A stretch of DNA of 64,000 nt from Toensbergia leucococca (Eukaryota). Under the pieces are notes generated by a model. The model was not told the DNA's origin. It did not search any database and was given only the letters and a program-made list of their open reading frames with translations. The translations under genes and the position numbers were made by a program. This document shows, one piece after another, positions 1 through 11,442 of the stretch. Position 1 is the first letter of the stretch, and each line of letters starts with the position of its first letter. Location of the stretch: positions 1-64,000 of the forward strand of contig JALDZS010000116.1 of the NCBI GenBank assembly GCA_022813965.1. The letters run 5' to 3'.

Positions 1-406
1 TTGATGTTCATACTTGTAGAATAGGTGAAAATCACGATAACTGACCTGTTCTATGCCAAGCCGCAGTTCCTACGTTGGCCATTTGCAATACTTTAAAAAT
101 TGACCTCGTAGAGGTAAAATAATGATCCGCTTAATGCCATCGGAAATTTTGGACGTTCGTGAAAATGCTGTTGTGTACGTATCACAGCACCATCGACAGT
201 ATCATAGACCAAGCTTAAGTAAATTACTGCTATTTGAACACGAGGTTGAACCTTTCCCATTCACCATGAACGCCGGATTTCGCCCTCAAGTGATGATATA
301 TATCAAAATACACCCGCGCTGGGGGTATGGACCCAATCCTTGCATCACAGTCTGAAGATTCCTAGCCCTGCTCTGCACCACCAAGCCATTCCAAAATTCC
401 CTTTTA

Positions 407-2127
407 TCAAGTGACGACTTCGGCGCCAAGACTCGAATGCTGACTTCCATTTGCCTGACTTTCCGGTACAATCAACTCCTCTTCTGCCGTTTCGTCGTCT
501 ATGAATTTTCTTTCACTGACGTGCTCTCTCTCTTGTCCACCATCTGCCACCCATACCTTGTCGTTAAAAGCCCCTCTTTTTTGGCCTTCGATATGCTTGT
601 ATGGACATGCCGGGTTTAGGCAGGGATTGAATCTGCACATTGTTTTGACGTGGGTAAATTTGCAATCCGTCCTTGTACAGTCTGCACCGTTCCGGCACAT
701 GGGCATGGTTGGATGACGGAAAGGGCAACTAGAGTTCGTACAGTTAGGGAAGAACCTGCATTCCTGCTCCGCTTGATGCGTGACTTTCTGCGCCGGCGAC
801 GGATGACGAGCGACACATTTTCGGTTTTTACAAGCTGCGCCAAATGGACAATGGTCACTAACGTCAATCGTGGTACCTGGCGGCGCGGCAGGCGATTGAT
901 GTGCAAAGGGGCAGTCTTTCTTCGTACATGTGAGGTTGAATTTACAAATCGTGTCTGGTGATGGCTCGGCTGAATTCGTTTGAGAGCTCTCAACTTCCAT
1001 TGAAGATGATGGATTGCCGTTCATCGAATTCTGCTGCGTGTCGTTGCTCATAGTAGCATCTTGCTGATTGAGAGGCTGGAATGTTCCACCATTTTGTTGC
1101 GGGCGTCTGATAAAGTGATTGTCCTGTCTTTGTGGCTTGGCCTCAACTCTCTCGAAAAGTGATCGTCCTGGCTGTTGGGATTGTAAAGGTACGCCGTTCC
1201 GGAAAGCAGGGTTTATCGCAGGCTGGACCATTCCTGGTGCGAAAATTTGCTGTTGTTGCGGTGACAAAATCTGAGACATCATTCGGGCCTGTTCTTCCCA
1301 CATAGCGAAGAGCTGCATTTGCTGCTGTGATGTCATCTGCGTCAGATTTCCGGCAGCTCCCCCATTGGGAATCCTGCCATTCGGCGTGCCCATAGGACGA
1401 CCATTCAGTAAAGGTCTTTGATTTCGAGCCTGATCACTACGCGGTCCTCTGGGCAGTTGTCTGTTGTGCATGTTGATACGCTCTGTGCCTTGCTGAGGTC
1501 GAATACGGTGGAGTATAGACTCATGGGACCGGTCCATCGCTCTTGAGAGCTGCCCAATTAGTCTCTTATTGCTGTTGCGTCTTCCGTTCCGCATCGATTT
1601 CGGTCCAGTGGGTCTATTTTTCCATGTTAGTGACCTAAGCAATGAAAGTTCATATTATCCAGACCAACGTACATGGCTCCATCTTGAACCATATCCACAG
1701 CTCCTCCCATATCCGCATCTTGGCTGCCCGCGCTCCCAGATTGCCCGCTTCCCCTTCGCAAAGGTCTTACTCCATCCTGCTCTGAGAAAGGTGCTGTTGC
1801 ATGCCCTTGTGACGAAGTAACTACTGGTGCAGTCTGTAGCACAGGGCCCTGGCTCAAGTGACTGTGTAGCAGCTCGACCTGTTCAAACAGCCAATTTGAA
1901 AAATCTATCGCGCCTGAATCGTCTGGTCCGAGATTAAGCAAGTCATTCGAGAGCTCTGCGGCAATCTGTTCCTGAGTCTTGCCGTTCACAAGCATCAGAA
2001 TGATGTACTCCGCAAGAGCCGAGTCGTCAAGCCCGCCAGTACTCCAGCCAACTTCTACCAGCTTTGGCTGAACCACGTTGCTCAGAGCGTCGGCCAGTGG
2101 CGTGTTGAGAGTGACTTCTACAGCCAT
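407..2127 (-). CDS. NAB2: Nuclear polyadenylated RNA-binding protein Nab2 (N-terminal PWI-like domain, tandem CCCH zinc fingers); intron 1614..1672
   Basis: ORFs 1627..2127 and 407..1642 join in frame across a GTACGT...TAG intron (GAI|PTGPKS). N-term LAEYIILMLVNGKTQEQIAAEL; repeated C-x5-C-x4-C-x3-H fingers (CKFNLTCTKKDCPFAH, CRFFPNCTNSSCPFRH). Confidence 0.9.
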
Positions 2128-2533
2128 AACTCTGTCGAATCAAATGATCGCCTGATTAGTAAAGGTGTAGCCAAAGACTCTCCCACTCGGACTCTCAAGC
2201 TGACGAAAGGTAGTAGTCGTAGGATGATGGTGGCTTCCACTCGGTTTGATCCTAACTTGTGTTTGTCAAGGTAGAATGAGAAGGTTGGTGAAGGTGCTTG
2301 ATTGCACTACGGTGAATTGGATCGCTGACTACCGTGCTACCTTAGGCGGAGGCGCTCTGGCGCTGTTAGGCGGGAGCCGCAAAACCTTAATCACTAGCGG
2401 TGATTCGTAAAGCATCAAGGCACTCGTGCTTGACGTGTATCAATACTCCGTACATCGACAAGAACTCTTCCCCACTACGCGCATTCCATCATTTTTACTC
2501 TTTCAAAACCTTTTACCTAGTCTCTACGCTGCT

Positions 2534-3585
2534 ATGGACTCGCTAGTGACACAATACAGTCGACCGGCTTTCGAAAATGAAGGCTACTCCAAAGAAGAAC
2601 AACTGGAGCTATCAGAAACAACGCCTCCACTATCACTACGATTTGCACTACCTCCTTTAGCTAATGTAAGATGCCTTCAGTAATCCAAGTCTGCCGGGAG
2701 CTGTTTCAGCTTGCGTAGATATCAGGATAGCTATTTACCCTTATGATCTAGCCCTCAGCCTTCCTGCGAGCCATGACAGACGATCACTCAAACCCCAACT
2801 GTCCGATAAAGCTAGCACACGGCACCACAACCCTCGCATTTCGATTCCAAGGTGGCATTATTGTCGCAACAGATTCACGAGCGACGGCTGGAAACTGGAT
2901 CGCAAGTCAAACGGTCAAGAAGGTGATTGAGATCAATAATTGCCTACTTGGAACAATGGCTGGCGGAGCTGCGGTAATTCTCAAAACAAGTTTGAATGAC
3001 ATATGTGAACACTCATGTTTAAAATAGGACTGTCAGTACTGGCTAGCCTATCTAGGCATGCAATGTCGACTTCACGAACTTCGCCAAAAGCGTCGTATAT
3101 CTGTGGCGGCTGCATCCAAGATTCTTTCGAATCTTGTTTACTCGTACAAAGGCATGGGTTTGAGTATGGGAACTATGTGCGCCGGTGTGACGCCTCAAGA
3201 AGGACCAGCATTGTACTACATTGATTCAGACGGTACTCGACTGGCAGGCAATCTCTTCTGCGTGGGATCAGGTCAGACATTTGCATACGGCGTCTTGGAC
3301 GCCGAGTATCACTACAATCTGACCGAGGAGGAAGCACTGGCGTTGGGCCAAAGAAGTATTCTGGCAGCTACGCACCGAGACGCTTATTCGGGAGGGTTCA
3401 TCAATCTGTATCATGTCAAGGAAGAAGGATGGGTTAAGCATGGATTTAAAGTAAGTCTTCGGAGCGCTCTGTACCAAGGCCACGAAGGATGTCGTGCTGA
3501 TTCCCTCTAGGACACAAATCCAATATTTTGGAAAACGAAGTTGGAGAAAGGGGAATTCAGTAATGTCACGTCTTCTCTGGATTAA
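2534..3585 (+). CDS. PRE2: 20S proteasome subunit beta5 (chymotrypsin-like); introns 2666..2751, 2974..3027, 3451..3510
   Basis: Propeptide followed by [26 protein letters not shown] with catalytic Thr; RDAYSGG motif; canonical splice sites join the ORF pieces. Confidence 0.97.
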
Positions 3586-4608
3586 CGCTCCGACTCCATC
3601 GATGTCTTACTATTCCTTCTTTTCCAGCATCTTTGAGCGATGGGTAGTGCAAGTGTAATTTCTAGAGATTCTGTTATACTAGCTTATCGGGAATGCACTC
3701 AAATTGTACGATACTTCATTCTCGGAGTCTCGTGAAATATCGACTCTACCGGACTTTGGATGGGAAAAGCTTTGGATGTAATAAGTGATTTCTCCGGGAC
3801 TCGGCGCGCGATACTCGATTTGCTGCTGTCTTGGCTTTCCCATCAATAGTACGTTTGGATAAGGAGCATCAGCTTACAATCTAGTCTCTTGGTGAAAATT
3901 GGAGATTTCCTTAACAAAGAACCTTGATCGGGCAGTAAGGGATGTCAAAGCTAACATAGTTAGAGATTCGAGAGAGTGTTGTATACCATAGGTAATGTCC
4001 CTTACCTACCTACCTACCTACCCAGGTACCTAGTCACCGTTTTAGTCTCATGTACCTTACTTAGCTGTGTGTAACGTAAGCTACCTAGGTACTATGGCAT
4101 GAAGTTTATATCCTCCATTCACCTGAGACTATCCAGACACCACAGCTCATCCCCAATTGATCATATGACTAGGGAACTACGAGTATCGTACTCGTAGCTG
4201 GGCGCCGTCAAGCTGACATTGAATTTGTTGTTCTAAGTATGTTGCCGTACAGATATTCTACCAATAGCATTCTTTCTCTAGTACTCGTAAATTGTCAGGC
4301 GACCGTCACTCCGGTTGTCGGTGTATGTAGGGGTTGAAAGTCCGGGGTTTTCTCCCGCGTGCAACCACACCATCGTTCATCTTTGACCGCTGATCCTTGC
4401 CCTTGGATGATGTGGAGAAGCTTTAAGTTTCTTCGATGCCCAGGCGCATCGAGGACCTTCTCCTCCAACGTCTTGCTGTCAACTCCACCTCTCTTTCTTC
4501 GAGTTGGCTCCCCGCTGCTGAGCCTCGCTGTCGCCTGTGAAGCATCGTTCAAGCTCTACCTTGTTGCTTTGACCGTATACATCTGAAGAAAAAGGGTACC
4601 TGATAATT

Positions 4609-6560
4609 ATGGGATTACTCGGGAAATCAGCGCGTGTTCCGCCTCCAACGACAACCGACTACGTAGAAGGTCAAAGCCCAACATCTCTAGATGTTGAGAA
4701 GACCGGCGAGGGCATGCAAAAAGAAGATTCAGATCATTCCCATCGTCATCATGTTCATCCAGACGCCGAAAAGGCTGTCATTCGCAAGCTTGATTGGAGG
4801 GTACCACCGTTGGTTGCATCCCTATGTATGCTCTTTGATATGAACAGGTGTGCGGACCCATGCTTATGGAGGACTGTGTAGATCTACTCTCATTTCTCGA
4901 CCGTTCAAATATTGGGTACGCTTTTCGTCTAAAGTACCGAGAAATTTCAAGTCTGTACTGAAAGCGCGTCTCTGATAGAAACGCCAAAATTGCGGGCATG
5001 CAAAAGGATCTTGACTTTAATAGCAGTCAATACAACTGGCTCTTAACCATTTTTTATATCTCATATGTTGTTTTTGAATTTCAAGCCATGATGTGGAAGA
5101 TTGTACCAGCGCATATGTGGGCCGCCTTCACCGTTTTTGGCTGGGGCCTGATCGCATCTTTACAAGCCACCACCCAGTCGTGGCGAGGGGAAATGGCATG
5201 CAGGTTCTTCCTTGGTGCTATTGAAGCTGGATTCGGGCCTGGCATACCATATCTTTTGTCATTCTTCTACTTGAGACATGAGCTGGGCCTGCGTGTGGGC
5301 TTGTTCTTGTCTGCTGCTCCACTGGCCACCTGTTTCGCAGGCGCCTTGGCTTACGGCATCACCTCTGGCCATTCCGCCTTAGCAAATTGGCGCTTGTTGT
5401 TTTTAGTCGAGGGACTTCCAACCATGGTCATGGCCGGTGTTACATACTTTTACTTACCAGATTCCCCTGACAAGGCCCGTTTCCTGAACGAGGAGGAAAA
5501 GCTTGTTGTAAAGGCAAGAGGCGTGAGGCAAGTGGGCGATGTTGAACGTGGGGGTGGTATTGTCTGGAAAGATGTTGTCGCAGCGCTTCTGGATCTAAAG
5601 TGTTGGTTCACTGCAGTAAGTCTCATCTCGATGAAGTTTGCCGAGTACGTTTTGTGCGAGCACAAATTGCCGTCTCTCCCATGAGATTCATGGCAGCTGC
5701 AACCCTTTCTTTGGATGATGCTAACAGATCTGCAGCTTATGTACTTTAGCTGCAACGTTGGCTTCTCCTCACTGCCAGGTAAGTTTGTCCTTCTAACCTC
5801 GATTTTACTTTCCCCCAAAGTCAGCTCCTAATCTCTCTTAGTTTTCCTCCCGACAATATTGAATGATATGGGATTCAGTGCTATTGACGCCCAAGGACTG
5901 ACTGCACCGCCGTACTTCTTAGCCTTCCTTGTCACAATATTTTCATCCTATATTGCCGACAGAACTCAACAGCGAGGCTACACCATTATCGTCCTTTCCA
6001 TAATTGGTGGGATTGGTTACATTCTACTTGCAACATGCGAATCAGTCGGTGCACGCTATTTTGGAGTTTTTCTTGCGACTGCTGGAATATTCCCAGGTAA
6101 GTTGAAATTTGCAGTATATTGAGGTTAGTAGTTAATTCGTCTAGGTATCGCGAACATTCTGCCATGGGTGCTCAGTAAGTCGGAAGACGCCAGGTTTGAA
6201 AAGAATGATACTGACCATCTTACCTCATTAGATAATCAAGGGTCTGACACTCGCCGAGGCATTGGAATCGTGATGTTGAATACCGTTGGCCAGTGTGGCC
6301 CTCTGCTCGGTACTAATGTTTATCCAGCCAGCGACGGACCTAGATATGTCAAAGGACAGTCCATCTGCGCGGCTTTCATCTTCTTTAATGCACTTCTAGC
6401 ATTCGGACTCAGGACTCTATTGGTAAGAGAAAATAAGAAGCTCGATGAAAAACATGGTTTGCGTGGGGAAGGGGCCATCACTCGAGCAGATATTCTAGCA
6501 GGCAAGGAAAGTGCAGTTGCAGAGGAAAATTATAGCCCAACGTACCGATATGTTTTATGA
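4609..6560 (+). CDS. MFS transporter, anion:cation symporter / allantoate permease (Dal5/Tna1-like) family, multi-exon
   Basis: RKLDWR, LDRSNIGNAKIAG (across introns), RFFLGAIEAGFGPG, WRLLFLVEGLPT, LPDSPDKARFL motifs; multiple hydrophobic helices. Confidence 0.9.
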
Positions 6561-7078
6561 TTTAATGCTACTCTAACAGTCATCTTTCTTCATCGTTATA
6601 TATCACCAGCGTTTGATTCCTAGATATCAATTGCTTCATTCTGTCTGCATACATGATTGAATTCACAGTATTACTGATGCCCTAGCAAGATAAGGCTCTT
6701 CGCGGGCTGTACACTGTCACTCTGGAAGGTTCACGTACCGATGCAAAGATTCATCCATTATTAGGCCTACATTGGAGAGTTCAGTCAAAACCCAAGACGT
6801 CTAGAAGCAGTGAATCCACGGGCTCATATGAGCTTCACGTTGGTGCGTCAACCGTCAGGACCATTCACGACGATCCGAACCAAGATCCTCCACTATAGAA
6901 ACAGCGCAAGCTCCAGCTACCTTCTTCCTTCTTTAACTCTCTATCAGCATCTCCACCTCCATCTCCAACATTTCTCCAAAAGAATATCCACTTCCAATAC
7001 TCGAAGCCCTCGGCTCTCTCAACCCCTACAAGACAGCCACTCCCTTCTCCAAATCCACCAGCCGACTCACAACCCAAA

Positions 7079-8272
7079 ATGTGCCGCAATATCATAGAAA
7101 ATTACGCCGGCTGCGGCTGCACCGAAAGCTCTCCCCTCCCTTGCGTCGGCTTCCTCGATAGCGACAGCGGCACGTGTCCTGCGCCCGAAAAAGATGTAAT
7201 CCACAACCACCCAGAGCACTGCCGAGACTGCAAATCCCTGCAAGAAGCCTTCGCCCAGATCAACTCCGACTCATCCCTGGCTCCAGTCCCTCAAACCAGC
7301 TCTCAGGACCCAACAGCACCGAAACTCTTCTTCAAAGAACGCATCCACTGGCCCCATTGCGGCCACTACAGCCACCCAAGATACACCGACTTCGAACGCA
7401 ACGCCGACGACCCCGAATACGGCATCACCCTCACCGGCATAGGCTCCTGCCACAAGTGCTCCGAAGCCCCACCCTCTCTCCTAGCAGAAATGAAGCGCTC
7501 CGGCAAACTCGCCCAGGAAGATCCCTGGGGCGCCATGAGCGACGAGCCCGAGATCGGCGAAGGCGGCTCTGGATCTGCATCGGCAGGGCTTTCCAACGAA
7601 GCTATCGCCATGTGCGTCCCAGACTCGAAGCTCCGAAGCGGCACCTCTAAAGCCAACCCAGCAACCGCGTCCAAAGCCCAAGCTCCAAAACCCCCAGCCA
7701 CCTTCGACGACAGCGACGACGACCTCTACGCCGCAACCCCACCCGGCTCCCCACCAACTCACCCCTCATCACCCCCTCCAGACTTCGACGACCTAAGCCT
7801 GAACGAGACGCTCCCCGGCACAAAGGGCAAAGGCCGCTCCTCCCACCCGGCAGAAACATACGCCTCCCGCCACGGCGGCCCTGCCGAGACCAACACCTCC
7901 GACTCCGACTCCGACTCCGAGCCAGAGGACCAACCCACCCCCCGTGGCCGTCGTAGCCCCCACCCATCCGCGGCGCCTCGAAACTGGGGCTCTGGCGCTA
8001 AGCAATCAGACGACGATTCCAGCGACGACGAAGACGAAGATCACCACGCTGCAGAGGGAGAGGGAGCGGGTGGTGATGATGAAGGGGCGCTAGTGGACAT
8101 CAGCGCCGAGGAGAGAGCGGCGTTGCGGATTCCGTTGGGCATGGAGTTGACGAGGCGGCGCTTGGCAAGATTTAAGGATATGAAGGCCCGCGCGGATGCG
8201 GTTGCTGTGGAGAGGTTTAAGGCGAATAGAGGGGGGGAGGGGGATGGGAGAGGAGGGGAGGAGGATGAGTAG
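7079..8272 (+). CDS. Hypothetical protein with two N-terminal Cys/His clusters and an acidic/Pro-rich disordered C-terminus
   Basis: 397 aa uninterrupted ORF with a good ATG context (caaaATG); MC...CGC...CRDC and HCGH...CHKC clusters. Confidence 0.7.
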   Translation: MCRNIIENYAGCGCTESSPLPCVGFLDSDSGTCPAPEKDVIHNHPEHCRDCKSLQEAFAQINSDSSLAPVPQTSSQDPTAPKLFFKERIHWPHCGHYSHPRYTDFERNADDPEYGITLTGIGSCHKCSEAPPSLLAEMKRSGKLAQEDPWGAMSDEPEIGEGGSGSASAGLSNEAIAMCVPDSKLRSGTSKANPATASKAQAPKPPATFDDSDDDLYAATPPGSPPTHPSSPPPDFDDLSLNETLPGTKGKGRSSHPAETYASRHGGPAETNTSDSDSDSEPEDQPTPRGRRSPHPSAAPRNWGSGAKQSDDDSSDDEDEDHHAAEGEGAGGDDEGALVDISAEERAALRIPLGMELTRRRLARFKDMKARADAVAVERFKANRGGEGDGRGGEEDE

Positions 8273-8281
8273 GTGATTTTT

Positions 8282-8283
<2 letters not shown>

Positions 8284-8334
<51 letters not shown>
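8284..8334 (+). repeat. Poly-G homopolymer (51 G)
   Basis: Read directly from the sequence, starting 12 nt after the stop of the 7079..8272 ORF. Confidence 0.9.
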
Positions 8335-8335
<1 letters not shown>

Positions 8336-9075
8336 GTTGCGTTTGAGAGCGGGCGTGCGTGCGTGCGAGTGGGTTTGGGGGGTTTGGGTTATTGGTTGGT
8401 TTGCTTGTTTTTTTTTGATGGGGGGGTGGGGGTAGGGGGGTTGTATGTATGCTTATGTATGCTTTTACCTTTATGCTTTTTTGCTTTCACTCTTGGGTTT
8501 TGAATCTGACCCCTTGGAATTACTTTTTTATTTCAAGTGTTTTTAATTGTTTTTGGTCGGAGGTTTTTTTTTGATGGTTGTGTGTGTGATGGATTCCTTT
8601 TTGGTTTATGATGGTGTTTATTAGTGTGCCTGTTTCTTCTTCTCCCGTTTCGTATTTCGCTTCTTTGTGCACACACACAACACCCACGACTTTCCTGGAG
8701 ATATCTCGATTCAGGTAAGCAGATGTTGGAAATTTTCGGCACGTTTTGGTTCTCTGCTGGCCATGGTTGCACTGTGCAGATATTTTGTGAACCCGCTGTG
8801 AGAGAAACACAAAAATGGCAACTTTTTATCTTTGTTTTGTTGAGATGGTGAAGTGCTCTCCCATTTTTTTTCGTGGCGGGGGAGGGAGGGGGAGTGGGTG
8901 GAGTTGGGGAATTTAAGGAGTGGGGCTCGGAAGAGTTCAAAAAACGGTATACCAATTCTAAATCCGGGAGGCCAAAAAAAAAACAAGGAGGTTCAAGTGA
9001 AAAATTCTTAAATCGAATCTAACAACAAACAAAACAGCTTCCAAGATAACTCCGCTCCCTTCCCCAACTCCAACT

Positions 9076-10890
9076 TCAACCCACAGACCCACCGCTCACA
9101 ACCACCTCAGTCTCCACCTTCCACCCCGCAACCTCCGTCCCCACAACCGGCCAATGCTTCCGCTTCCCCACCTTCCTCAGCGCATCTGCCAAGCCCTGCG
9201 CAGCCAGCGCCTCCCCTTCCGCACTCCGAATCTCAACCCTCACGATCGATTCTCCGGCTCTCTTGCCCTCGCCTTCGCCCCACGACGCCTTGATAACCAA
9301 CCTTTGCTCCTCTTCTCTCACAATGCCTGCTGGGTACGCGTCTCCGAGTCCTCGGGCCACACAGCCCGTGTACTTTGTCCACCAGGTCAATGCAGGCCCG
9401 ACTAACTCTTGTAACTTGGATAGAAATTCGGTGTCGCTAGGACTGACTTCTCCACCCCATCGCTCGCAGAGGACGAGGGCGAGCAAGGCTCGGTCTTCGT
9501 GAGCGAGGCCATGAGCGCTGGCTAGGATTCCGGTCGTGGTGCTGCGGAGGGCGGCGGCGGGGCGGATATCTTTTGAGAGGGAAGAGTGGATGTTGAGGAA
9601 GTGGATGATTGATTCGAGGAGTGGGGTCTGGAGGAGGGAGAGGTTGGTTTCGGCGCGGGGGATGCTTGATTGGAGGAGGGTGAAAAGAGAGGATTTTGAT
9701 GTAGGGGCGTAAGGAAGGGTCGCTACGGCGATAGGGTTCTGGGAGCGGATCGAGGGGTCAAGGGTAGAGAATAGAAGGCCTTCGCGTAGGCCGCCTTGGG
9801 CAAAGCGGATAGTTGAGAGGGAAGGGAGGGATCGGGTAAGAGCTGAGATGAGGAAAGAGATGGCAGGGACTTGGGAGGCGCGGCGGGAGGAAATGCGAAA
9901 GGTGGAGGAGTCGGTGGAGTCGTGAGTTGTGGAGGGGAGGAATGAGGATTTGAGGACGCGGTACCCGTTTATCAGGGGAATGGGATAAGGCTGGATGGCG
10001 TCAGAAGACATGAGGATATACCCCCAGCCGCGGAAACCGCCGCCACTGAGGTAGAGGGTTAAGCCAGGGTTTTTGTCAAATCTGGTGGGTGTTGGGCCAC
10101 TTCCTGCGTGAGAAGCAGATTCTTTGTTTGTATATTTTGTTTCTGTAATTTCTTTGGGGACGTCAATGTCTTGGAGAGCTTGCTCAAATTTGGATGTTAA
10201 TTGTTCCAGGAGTGTTTCAATTGCCTCGTTCCCTTGGTTTTCTGCCTCTTCCAGTAATTTCATCAGTGCTGCGGCACCATATGGTAAACCCACTGAGCCT
10301 TTGGGACTTGTACGGACGTGACCGTTTTCAGAAATCATCCAGGTCAACTGGACGCTTCCTCCACCTAGATCCATGACCAGACCTTTGATGCTGGGAAAGC
10401 TACTTGCAATGCCCATAGCACCGATTCTGCCCTCTTCTTCTTTCGGCAGCATTTCAACCTTCCAACCCGTCTTCTCCTCAATTGATTGCCGGTACACTTC
10501 ACTATTAGTGGCTTCTCTCGTTGCCTCAGTAGCGACAATTCGGACACGATCATTGCGGACGCCGAATTCTTGACAGGATGTTTTGAAGCGCAAAAGAGCT
10601 GCTAGGACTTCTTCGATAACATCTTCTGGGATTGGTCCCTTCTTTCCGGTGCTATACTGTGCATCGTAGAGTGACACGCCGCAGCGATCTTGATAAATGG
10701 TGGGCATGACACGAGCAGTTGGTGGAGACAGATCTGAGATTGAGAAGCGGATGCCATTACTGCAAAGTAGTCAGCCGATGTTTTTTCGCTATCTTGAATG
10801 AAGAGGTTGATCCAAGATGGAAAAAGTCTGTTCATACCTTCCCATATCAACAAGAGCGTGGTAATGCTCTTGGGCTTTCTTTGAATCCAT
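9076..10890 (-). CDS. RTG2: Retrograde regulation protein 2 (Ppx/GppA phosphatase / ASKHA family); intron 10760..10837
   Basis: Exon 1 MDSKKAQEHYHALVDMGS joins NGIRFSISDLSPPTARVMPTIYQDR; ATEATREATN, DLGGGSVQ, LSGGGFRGWG, GGLREG motifs. Confidence 0.9.
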
Positions 10891-11442
10891 TTTTACGAAG
10901 CAGCAACTGACGCTTCAAACTTCCTGTAGAGGATATTGAATGTGGATTTCCCGCCGAAGATTCTTTGTTTTGAATGGCTCTTGCCTGATAGTGAAATCTA
11001 ATGTAATTTGAGTTCCTCAGAGTGACATTTGTGTTCTTTTATGATATTTGATCACAGTATGTCATGTGTTATTGAGACAGCAACAGGGCACGCACACATG
11101 CACCTTTGACAGCTTCGTGACGTCAAGTCAGTCTTCTTGTTCTCTAAGCACTGTAGCTTCTATCCTGCGTTGATGTGAGCTCCAAAGAAATCAGATTAGA
11201 TATTGATTGTGTTCGGTGCTGAGTAGATTATTTTCAAGTTGAAATGAACGGGGGGTTGCAGGTACCTCTGGAGCAATACGTAAAGGATCATTTGCACGCT
11301 TGATACGAAAAAGAATATCAGCATTTTTTGGAGTGCGCTTGGGATTTTCAGATGTGGTCCATGTGGAAGACATCAAGTAGCATGAAGCTGGCTGAGTCTT
11401 CGATATCCATCCTTGATCCATCCTTCTCACTTAGTCACTACC

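Noticed and set aside
8273..8986. Gly-rich and low-complexity ORFs in the ORF track
   Set aside because: By-products of poly-G and T/G-rich UTR sequence, mostly with non-ATG starts.
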